A DNA stretch of 49,654 nucleotides from Candidatus Cloacimonadota bacterium (GTDB taxonomy: Bacteria > Cloacimonadota > Cloacimonadia > Cloacimonadales > TCS61), in contig JAUXFF010000003.1 of assembly GCA_030620155.1 (NCBI GenBank), positions 1 to 49,654 of the forward strand, given 5' to 3'. Positions 9,440 to 17,686 of the stretch are shown piece after piece; position 1 is the first letter of the stretch; every line of letters begins with the position of its first letter. The notes beneath the pieces are model-generated. The model saw only the letters and a program-made list of their open reading frames with translations, was not told the origin of the DNA and did not search any database. The translations under genes and the position numbers were made by a program.

Positions 9440-10533
9440 TTTAATGATATCCTTGCATTTCCACTTACAGTAGATTTCCTTTGACGAGGCAATCTGTCAA
9501 TTTTGATTTTATTATCTTTCTCTAATTCTATCAGTTTTTGTTTTATAGTTTTTGAAACACCACATGTATTTTCATATGCCCATTCTTCGATTTCATTGTA
9601 TGTGATATTTTTAGTCAACTTAATTTTATCTAATAATAAATCTTTAAAATTTATTTCTTCAAATAAGTCAAATAAGCAAATATTATTTTCTTTTTTTCCC
9701 AATGCTTCCAATTTAAAATTTGTTGTACAAAAGTTATGCATTCTATCTTTCATTAATTTCAGCGCTATAAAATGATTTGAGAGATGAATTAAGTAAAATC
9801 TTGGTCTTGAATACATTCGTGGTGTATTTACTCTAAAAGGTAGTACATATTTAACATCAGTATATTTTTTCAGATTTTCGCAATATAATGATAGTAATTT
9901 TTCTTGTTTATTTTCTGGAATTGTATCAGTAATATCTGTAAAATTATTATCACCAAATAGTTTAGTTAAAGTATCAATCATACTTGTATTACCTGTTGCT
10001 CTTACAACATCATATATCATAAAATTTACAAATACTTCAGATATTGGATTTGTTAAAATATCTCTTATTACACTTATATCAATACTATAACCAAAAGGAT
10101 CAATAAAACAAAAAGTAGGAGGTAATTTTTTTTCATTAAGAATTTCATATATTTCATTTTCGAATAAATTCTCTCTAATATCCCAAAACTGTTTGTAAAT
10201 ATTTATATTATTAAGCTGAGGTTTTAGTAATTCTAAACATTTCGTATCTTTATCTATACAAATTATATTAAATATCCTTTCTCTATCTTCATGGATTAAT
10301 TTATTTGCTATCTTAGCAACAATTATTGGTGATCCATCAACTGTTTCAGATTTACTTTCATCTTTATAGTATATACCAGGGCCAGAAAAACCATCAATAT
10401 AAAGTAATTTCTGAGTGCATTTAATCTTTTTTGCTTGTTGAAATAGTATTGTCGCCCAGGGTGCTACATACTTTTTTAAAATATCTAGTTTCAGTTGAGT
10501 TTGTTCTTGAATTACCCATGGAATTTGTCTCAT
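9436..10533 (-). CDS. tcmP: Three-Cys-motif partner protein TcmP (methyltransferase-like fold with C-terminal wHTH)
   Basis: TQLKLDILKKY, YIDGFSGPG, DGSPII, FCFIDPFG, EVFVNFM and YLIH.SNH..ALKLMKD motifs. Confidence 0.88.
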   Translation of the reverse strand: MRQIPWVIQEQTQLKLDILKKYVAPWATILFQQAKKIKCTQKLLYIDGFSGPGIYYKDESKSETVDGSPIIVAKIANKLIHEDRERIFNIICIDKDTKCLELLKPQLNNINIYKQFWDIRENLFENEIYEILNEKKLPPTFCFIDPFGYSIDISVIRDILTNPISEVFVNFMIYDVVRATGNTSMIDTLTKLFGDNNFTDITDTIPENKQEKLLSLYCENLKKYTDVKYVLPFRVNTPRMYSRPRFYLIHLSNHFIALKLMKDRMHNFCTTNFKLEALGKKENNICLFDLFEEINFKDLLLDKIKLTKNITYNEIEEWAYENTCGVSKTIKQKLIELEKDNKIKIDRLPRQRKSTVSGNARISLK

Positions 10534-10541
10534 ATTTTCTC

Positions 10542-11090
10542 CTATTCCTTTACCTTTTCTTCCATCTTCTTCCCTAGAGCTTCCACAGTCTTCTTAAATC
10601 CAATCTCTTTCCTCTTCTTTACTGGTTTTTCCATTAATTGCTGTAAAACCTGAAAGACAATTTTGAATTGTTTATCATATTTCTTTTCTATTTTCTCTAA
10701 TTTCCTGTTTAATTCTTCATTAGTTTTCAAAAGTTCTCGTAATTTAACAAAAGCACGCATAATAGTAATATTCACTTTAATTGCACGTTCGCTGTGAAGT
10801 ACAGAGGAAAGCATGGCAATACCCTGTTCAGTAAATGCAAAAGACAAATATTTTGAATGTTCACCTCTTTTTAAGGTGCCAATTTGACTCCTTAAGAAGT
10901 TGTATTCATCTCTTGTTAATTCAAACATAAAATCTGGAGGAAATCGATCAATATTTCTTCGTACTGCTCGTTTTAGTTGTTTAGTTTCCACTCCATATAG
11001 CTGTGCCAGATCACTATCCAGCATTACTTTTTTACCTCTGATGAGCAGTATTTTATTCATTAAAGATTCTTTAGGAATATGGTCTTTCAT
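10542..11090 (-). CDS. ORF6N-domain DNA-binding protein
   Basis: IRGKKVMLDSDLAQLYGVETK, VRRNIDRFPPDFMFEL, FTEQGIAMLSSVL, IMRAFVKLR, terminal IGF. Confidence 0.93.
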   Translation of the reverse strand: MKDHIPKESLMNKILLIRGKKVMLDSDLAQLYGVETKQLKRAVRRNIDRFPPDFMFELTRDEYNFLRSQIGTLKRGEHSKYLSFAFTEQGIAMLSSVLHSERAIKVNITIMRAFVKLRELLKTNEELNRKLEKIEKKYDKQFKIVFQVLQQLMEKPVKKRKEIGFKKTVEALGKKMEEKVKE

Positions 11091-11206
11091 CTTTTCTCCA
11101 TTTTCTCATTCAAAGCTTCCACAGCTTTCTTGAAGCCAATAAAACTGATAACCGAAACAACTCCTGCAAGTATATATTGTAATGATACTTTAACTATTTT
11201 TTTCAT
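11087..11206 (-). CDS. 39-aa small ORF with a hydrophobic stretch; C-terminus homologous to the ORF6N tail
   Basis: MKKIVKVSLQYILAGVVSVISFIGFKKAVEALNEKMEKR; its stop overlaps the ORF6N ATG (ATGA). Below the ORF-track size cutoff. Confidence 0.45.
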   Translation of the reverse strand: MKKIVKVSLQYILAGVVSVISFIGFKKAVEALNEKMEKR

Positions 11207-11240
11207 CAGATCAACTCAATGGTTAATATTTACATAGTAA

Positions 11241-12075
11241 TTATAAATCAAACTTAAGTTGAGTATTCTCTTTCATTTTCGGTGGATAAAATAAACCAAT
11301 TATCATAAAAGGATTAGGAGATCTTTTATTTTGCCATTTATAATTTGTTCCAACGAAAAAATGTAAATCTTTATGAAATGCAAAATCCTCAAAGTACTTT
11401 TTTCTTACGAGTTTAAGTGCCTTTTGTTCATTATTACAAACTGATTTTAAACAGTTCCAAAATAATGCACCTATTTTCCAATCAATTATTTCAATTTTTC
11501 TGGGATTATTATCTTCTTCAGTAATAAATTTATAATAGAATTTATATGGTAGTTTTCTTACAATTGATGAAAGATTTAGTTCATTAAAGAAATCAAGTTG
11601 CTGCAATTTACCTAACCATTTTTTAGGCCATTCTCTTATAAAAATCAATAATTTTTTTAGGTTTTAAAGTTGCTAAAGATATTTTCTCTTCTCCTAAAGA
11701 AAGTTCAATTAACTCATTAAATGAAGTAAATACATCTTTGAGAACAATTTCTTTTCTTAGTTGCCAATTATTTTCAGTTCCCAATTTGCTTAATATTTTC
11801 AAGTCCTGATCAACGTCACTTTTTGGACTATAAGTCTCAGGTCTGAAATCTGTTTTTCTATGTTTCTTTAAATCAATTTCTATCCAATTATATTTTTTAA
11901 ACTTATTGTACTCAGATAGAAGCCTGAATGGAACAGGATAAATCCTTACCCATTTTCCGTTATCGAGTAACCCTGCAGTGCAGACAATTTCACCATGAAA
12001 ATCCGATGGTTGGGGATATGTCTTAACGGTAATTAGCACCTTTGCTTTTAAGATTTCTCTTGGTAAGTAATTCAT
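11241..12075 (-). pseudogene. Frameshifted conserved hypothetical gene (TVKTYP...VCTAG family, often next to DUF488), split into 11623..12075 and 11241..11648
   Basis: N-half LITVKTYP...VCTAG...WVRIYPVPFR...DFRPETY...SLATLKPK; C-half KLPYKFYYKF...DW.IGALFWNC...DLHFFVGT...NPFMIIGLFYPP. The two ORFs overlap and join with a one-base shift at GAT-TTTT-ATA near 11640. Confidence 0.75.
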
Positions 12076-12948
12076 TTATAGATGTTTAACAATAACTTTA
12101 TAATATGCTTCAAAATAATCAGATATTATGTGACGATGACAATAATTAAAATCTCTCTCAAAACAAGTTAAGGCAATTCTTTCTTTATTATTAAGTATAT
12201 CATATAGGTTTTTTAAGATATTTACATGATTTAGAAAGTTATTTTTTTGATAATGATCGAATAAATTTTTATAATCTTCTTCTGTCTCAAGTTTTGCTCT
12301 ACGATTAGATTCTATCCCAAGTTCAGGTATATGAATGTAATCAACATCAACTCTTTTAAGATGTTCCGAAAATTTCTTTTTTGCAAAATTAAATTTCATA
12401 GAGTATGGATTTTTTCTTACATCTATAATAGTATTAATACGATTTTGAATTAGTATTTGTAGATATTTATCAATTGTTTTACCTTCATAACCTATTGTAA
12501 ACATTGTTTTTTGATTTAATTTTCTATTATTGAGAATCATATTCTTTTCATCACCATCTAAAACATCATCTAAAATAATACTTTTTGAAGCATAAAATGG
12601 ATATTCAAGATAAGTTTTCCTTATTAATTGTTGATTTGTAAGTTTTTTATGTTTTGAAGAAAAATCCATTAAATTTTTACGATCTTCATTCTTAATTTTA
12701 TCAATGAATGAAATATTCTGTTTCAAGATGAAATTATTTTCAGAATCTTCTAAAAATCCTTTTTTTATTAAGATTCTTTTATCTTGATAACTTTGTAAGC
12801 TGAAACAACCATATTTGAAGGGGAAAAAATCATAATAATTATTATGTTTTTTTGAATAAAGAAAAAGTAATTTTTCAAATCTTGTATTACTTAAATTTTT
12901 ACCACAAAATTCAATTAATGATAAGAGAATTTTTCGACGATAATACAT
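12076..12948 (-). CDS. DUF488-family protein with an N-terminal wHTH (SocA/Panacea-like) extension
   Basis: C-domain TIGYEG, IDVRKNPYS, YIHIPELGI, ALTCFERDFNYCHR; N-domain KLLFL...YDFFPFKYGCFS. Confidence 0.85.
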   Translation of the reverse strand: MYYRRKILLSLIEFCGKNLSNTRFEKLLFLYSKKHNNYYDFFPFKYGCFSLQSYQDKRILIKKGFLEDSENNFILKQNISFIDKIKNEDRKNLMDFSSKHKKLTNQQLIRKTYLEYPFYASKSIILDDVLDGDEKNMILNNRKLNQKTMFTIGYEGKTIDKYLQILIQNRINTIIDVRKNPYSMKFNFAKKKFSEHLKRVDVDYIHIPELGIESNRRAKLETEEDYKNLFDHYQKNNFLNHVNILKNLYDILNNKERIALTCFERDFNYCHRHIISDYFEAYYKVIVKHL

Positions 12949-13140
12949 TTATTTTTCCTTATTAATTCTTATACTAACTTATTATTATAATATTTTTTGT
13001 AAAGTAATACATTATTTTTATGAATAGAATAACATTTTTTTATTTTTATATTGTAAAGACAGATTGGTAACCTGCCCCCACAACATATTTTCTTTTGTTC
13101 GTTTTTTATTAGTGATAGTTAGTTGCTAAATTCTTATTCT

Positions 13141-14592
13141 CTACCACTCAAATTTCACATTTAACTGTCTCACAGCAAGAGTATCATCAACTCTTTTCAC
13201 AGGTGTGTTTATCGGTGCATTTTTTAAGACATCCGGATTTTTTTCACTTTCTTTGGCTATTTCGATCATAGCAGTAATGAATTCATCCAGGGTTTCTTTA
13301 CTTTCAGTTTCTGTAGGCTCGATCATCATTGCTTCGGGAACGATCAACGGGAAATAGATAGTTGGAGCATGAAATCCTTTATCCAGGATACGTTTGGCAA
13401 TATCAAGGGTTTTTATTCCATATTTTTCTTTCTGCCATTTACCGCTGGCAATAAATTCATGCATACAATAAGTATCTTTATGCGGAATGTAATAATAATC
13501 TTCCAATTTCTTCATAATATAATTTGCATTTATCACTGCATTTTCTGCAACTCGTTTCAAACCTTTCGCACCAAGCATTTTAAGATAAATAAAAGCACGA
13601 ACATTTACAGCAAAATTTCCAAAGAAGGATTGTACTTTTCCTATCGAAGTTTCTTTAAAAGAATGATCTAAGAAGAATTTATCATCTTTTTTTGTTATCA
13701 TTGGAACAGGAAGGAATTTAACAAGGTCATCACGTACACCAATGGGACCGGAACCCGGACCGCCGCCACCATGTGGCGTAGCGAAAGTTTTATGAAGGTT
13801 AAAATGCATAATGTCAAACCCGATTTCACCTGGTTTAACAATTCCCATGATTGCATTAAAGTTTGCTCCATCCATATACATCAAGCCATCTACACCATGA
13901 ATTATCTCTGCAATTTCCTCGATCTGAGATTCAAACAACCCCAGAGTATTTGGATTTGTGAGCATAAACCCGGCAGTTTCATCATCCACATGAGCTTTCA
14001 GGTCGTCAATATCCACCATACCTTTATCATTAGATTTGATTTCTACAACTTCATATCCTGTAAGGATAACAGTGGCAGGATTAGTTCCATGAGCAGAATC
14101 AGGAAAAATTATCTTTTTCTTGTGAGTATTACCTTTTAATTTATGGTAAGCTCTGATAATCTTTAGTCCTGTAAATTCACCATGAGCCCCTGCAACAGGC
14201 TGAAGGGTCACATTGGCAAATCCTGAAATTTCAGCAAGGTCATTCTGAAGCTCATAAAGGATATCCAACGCTCCCTGCACAGTATCTTCATCCTGAAATG
14301 GATGGAGGTTCATAAAACCATCATTTCTAACAAGAGTTTCGTTTATTTTGGGATTATACTTCATTGTACAGGAACCCAGAGGATAGAATCCCTTCTCAAT
14401 ACAGTGATTCATGTGACTGAGTTCAAGGAAATGGCGCATCACATCAAGCTCACTCACTTCCGGGAATTTAATGTCTTCTTCCCTGTGAAATTTTTCCGGA
14501 ATACATTCGCCCAGAGACACTTCTACATCATTTTTGGGTAACGTGAATCCTTTTCTTCCCTGTGAATGTTTTTCAAATATTGTTTTAGCCAT
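13141..14592 (-). CDS. gcvPB: Glycine dehydrogenase (decarboxylating) subunit 2
   Basis: YPLGSCTMKYNP, SAHGTNPA, HFNLHKTFATPHGGGGPG (PLP lysine), MIEPTETE. Confidence 0.97.
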   Translation of the reverse strand: MAKTIFEKHSQGRKGFTLPKNDVEVSLGECIPEKFHREEDIKFPEVSELDVMRHFLELSHMNHCIEKGFYPLGSCTMKYNPKINETLVRNDGFMNLHPFQDEDTVQGALDILYELQNDLAEISGFANVTLQPVAGAHGEFTGLKIIRAYHKLKGNTHKKKIIFPDSAHGTNPATVILTGYEVVEIKSNDKGMVDIDDLKAHVDDETAGFMLTNPNTLGLFESQIEEIAEIIHGVDGLMYMDGANFNAIMGIVKPGEIGFDIMHFNLHKTFATPHGGGGPGSGPIGVRDDLVKFLPVPMITKKDDKFFLDHSFKETSIGKVQSFFGNFAVNVRAFIYLKMLGAKGLKRVAENAVINANYIMKKLEDYYYIPHKDTYCMHEFIASGKWQKEKYGIKTLDIAKRILDKGFHAPTIYFPLIVPEAMMIEPTETESKETLDEFITAMIEIAKESEKNPDVLKNAPINTPVKRVDDTLAVRQLNVKFEW

Positions 14593-14783
14593 TTATTCTC
14601 CTTTTATATATTTCTCGCAAAGACGCTAAGCTCGCAAAGAAATACTTATTTATAATTTTACTAAGTAATTAAAAACATTAAATAGATTCATAGTAGAGTT
14701 TCTAAGCAATATCGTTAGGTTAAGAAATTCTCTTTTAATCATATATTTGAGATCTTTGCATCCTTTGAACATTAGCGAGAGAA
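14593..14783. repeat. ~190-bp direct repeat copy 1 with imperfect inverted ends (REP/REPIN-like)
   Basis: tttctcgcaaagacgctaagctcgcaaaga ... tctttgcatcctttgaacattagcgagagaa; collinear with 15171..15360. Confidence 0.9.
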
Positions 14784-14792
14784 AAATTTTTT

Positions 14793-15170
14793 TCATAATT
14801 TATTTACGATCCTTGTGATCCCATCTTTGATTAGATTTACATTGAAATTGATTAATAAACCTAGTTTTAATTCACTTAATTTCAAATAAGTTAGTAGTTG
14901 TTTCTTATGAACAGGTAAAATATCTTTGACTGACTTTAATTCAATTATTACTTTATTCTCAACAATAATATCAACTCTAAAGCCAAAATCAATAATCTTA
15001 TCATCATATTTTATCGGGACGCCCACTTGATTTCGAATATTCAATCCCATCTTTGTTAAATCATATATCATTAATTTTTCATAAACAGATTCAAGAAGAC
15101 CAGGACCAAACCTTTTGTGAATCCTGTAAGCACAATCGACAATAATTTTTGATATTTCGTTTTCTGTCAT
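14793..15170 (-). CDS. GxxExxY protein (PD-(D/E)xK nuclease-like family)
   Basis: GPGLLESVYE, FRVDIIVENKVIIELKSV, QLLTYLK...GLLINFN. Confidence 0.95.
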   Translation of the reverse strand: MTENEISKIIVDCAYRIHKRFGPGLLESVYEKLMIYDLTKMGLNIRNQVGVPIKYDDKIIDFGFRVDIIVENKVIIELKSVKDILPVHKKQLLTYLKLSELKLGLLINFNVNLIKDGITRIVNKL

Positions 15171-15360
15171 ATTTTCCTTTTTTATATTTCTAGCAAAGAC
15201 GCGAAGCTCGCAAAGAAATACTTATTCATAATTTTACTAAGTAATTAAAAAAAAATAAGTAAATTCATAGTAGAGTTTCTAAGCAATATCGTTGGGTTAA
15301 AAAATTTTCTTTTAATCATATATTTAAAATCTTTGCGTCCTTTGCGCCTTAGCGAGAGAA
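15171..15360. repeat. ~190-bp direct repeat copy 2, overlapping the gcvPA stop codon
   Basis: tttctagcaaagacgcgaagctcgcaaaga ... tctttgcgtcctttgcgccttagcgagagaa. Confidence 0.9.
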
Positions 15361-16689
15361 TTCCTTCAGAGAATTAATTAACTCATCCAAATCCCATTTC
15401 CTCTTCTTCTCGGTTACCGCAATTAGCAGCATATTCTCATATCCGAATTGTTTTAAATCTACTCCCGGGAAAATATTCTTAGATTTTAATTTTTCAATTA
15501 TTTCTTTAGCGAGAACGGGAGTTTTAATTGCAAATTCTTTAAAGAAAGGAGCTTCAAATGCCAATGAAAATCCATTGATTTTACTTATTTTTCCTGCTAG
15601 GTAATGAGCCTTAGTTGTGCTTTGAATTGCTACTTCTTTCAGCCCCTCTTTTCCCATTAAGGTCATATAGACTGTGGCTGCCAAATTGCATAGAGCTTCA
15701 TTTGAACAAATATTGGAAGTGGATTTTGCCCGACGAATATGCTGCTCCCGTGCCTGCAGGGTCAAACAGTATGCTTTTTCCCCGTCAGCATCGAGAGTCT
15801 CTCCTACGATCCTTCCGGGTATGGTTCTGGCAAGAAAGAGTTTGCTTGCTAAAAATCCAAAGAGAGGACCACCGTAATTTTGAGCATTTCCCAATGCCTG
15901 TCCTTCACCTACAACAATATCAGCATTGTATTCAGAGGGAGAATTTAAAACTGCAAGTGAAATCGGATCGACAGCAACTATAAAAAGCGCCTTCTTGGAA
16001 GTATGAGTTATTTCCTCGACGGCAAATGCATCTTCGATATTCCCAAAGAAATTAGGAGTCTGTAGAAGAACGCAGCCTGTGTTATCATCTATAGCATCTT
16101 TTAAAGCCTCCAGATCGACCATCCCATTTTTGGAAGGAACATAAACAAGTTCAATTCCAATACCTTCCGTATAAGATTTAATAACTTCAAGATAAAGGGG
16201 ATTGATCGTTCCGGCGATTACAGCCTTAAAATTCTTGGTTTTCCTGGAAGCCATCAGGATCGCTTCTGCAGCAGCAGAGGCGCCGTCATACATACCCGCA
16301 TTTGAGATTTCCATCCCTGTCAATTCACAGATAAGAGTCTGGTATTCGTAGATATATTGCAAAGTTCCCTGACTTACTTCTGCCTGGTAGGGTGTATACG
16401 CACTGTGAAATTCAGGTCTGAGAACAATATGATCAACCGCAGCCGGGATGAAATGGTCATAGACACCGGCACCGAGAAATGAGATTGCTTTTTCAGTTGA
16501 AATATTTTTGGCAGCGAGTTCAGAGATCTTGCGTGTGATATCCAGCTCGGAATATGGTTCTTCCAAACTGCAGAGTTCTTTTAGGATGAATTTCTTCGGG
16601 ATATCGGTTAGCAAATCTTCAAATTTTTTCACACCGATTTCCGCTAACATTTCTTTCCTGTCTTTATCAGTATTGGAAATAAAAGGCAT
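15349..16689 (-). CDS. gcvPA: Glycine dehydrogenase (decarboxylating) subunit 1
   Basis: FLGAGVYDHFIP, AYTPYQAEVSQGTLQ, LTLQAREQHIRRAKSTSNICSN. Confidence 0.97.
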   Translation of the reverse strand: MPFISNTDKDRKEMLAEIGVKKFEDLLTDIPKKFILKELCSLEEPYSELDITRKISELAAKNISTEKAISFLGAGVYDHFIPAAVDHIVLRPEFHSAYTPYQAEVSQGTLQYIYEYQTLICELTGMEISNAGMYDGASAAAEAILMASRKTKNFKAVIAGTINPLYLEVIKSYTEGIGIELVYVPSKNGMVDLEALKDAIDDNTGCVLLQTPNFFGNIEDAFAVEEITHTSKKALFIVAVDPISLAVLNSPSEYNADIVVGEGQALGNAQNYGGPLFGFLASKLFLARTIPGRIVGETLDADGEKAYCLTLQAREQHIRRAKSTSNICSNEALCNLAATVYMTLMGKEGLKEVAIQSTTKAHYLAGKISKINGFSLAFEAPFFKEFAIKTPVLAKEIIEKLKSKNIFPGVDLKQFGYENMLLIAVTEKKRKWDLDELINSLKEFSR

Positions 16690-16942
16690 AAATCTCTCCT
16701 TATTCTTTTAATTCTTATTCAAATTTTTTTAATAAAATATTCTGTCAAATGAAAAGCGAATATTGGTTTGTACTTATTACGAAAATTTTAACCCGTTGAA
16801 TAACATGTCCTGTTTCGTAACATAAAAAATTCAGTTTTAAAACTTATCATTATGACATTATTTGAAACAAATCCGGTTAAAATAGTATTCAAATAGATGA
16901 GTGAATCTTACTTAGGTATTTTTTAAATTTATTAATGGATTT

Positions 16943-17686
16943 TTATATCAATCTCAACCCTGAAATAATCGAAAGTATTCCCATAATCATCAGAAGAACC
17001 AGTGTGATTTTCCTGAATGATTCTTCTTTGATCTTTTTTGATAAAATATTTCCAGCTAAAACTCCTATTAATAAAGAAGGGAAAAATTTTGCTGAATAAC
17101 TTAAAACCTGAGTTGTGATAAGCCCATTCCAAAAATAAACCGGGATAGTAAAAATATTCAGGATGAAAAAATAAACTGCTAGATTTGCTCGAAATGTTTG
17201 TTTGTTCACTCCCTGATTTGAAAGGAACAGAATTACCGGTGGACCGCCCATGGATATACTTCCACTTAATATTCCACTGAATATTCCAATCGGAATCATG
17301 GATAGTTTTTCCCGTTTGATCTCTTTTCTGAAACCTGAAAGAAGAAGAATTCCAAAAATGGTAATAAATATTCCAATTATAAGTTTTATGATGTTATCAT
17401 CTAAAACAACAAGAAAATAAGCTCCTAATGGCATTCCTATTATTCCGAAAATCATTAAAAGCCAGATTTTTTTTATTTTAAAAGCTTTTCTGGCAGAAGA
17501 GAAGACAACAATATTGATAACAAGAGAGAACAAAACAAGTATTGGAACAACGATTTTGGGGGAGATAAAGAGCGTTATCAAAGGAACTGCCAGGATTGAG
17601 AAACCAAAACCGGATAAACCCTGAAGCATTGCAGAAAAGAAGATAATCAAAGAACCGAATATTATTATATCGGAGATTAAATTCAT
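16943..17686 (-). CDS. TSUP (TauE/SafE) family membrane transporter
   Basis: QGLSGFGFSILAVP and GSISMGGPP motifs, about 8 TM segments. Confidence 0.9.
   Translation of the reverse strand: MNLISDIIIFGSLIIFFSAMLQGLSGFGFSILAVPLITLFISPKIVVPILVLFSLVINIVVFSSARKAFKIKKIWLLMIFGIIGMPLGAYFLVVLDDNIIKLIIGIFITIFGILLLSGFRKEIKREKLSMIPIGIFSGILSGSISMGGPPVILFLSNQGVNKQTFRANLAVYFFILNIFTIPVYFWNGLITTQVLSYSAKFFPSLLIGVLAGNILSKKIKEESFRKITLVLLMIMGILSIISGLRLI

Noticed and set aside
14593-15360. Classical IS element
   Set aside because: No DDE, HUH or serine transposase and no target-site duplication recognised; reported as an atypical cassette instead
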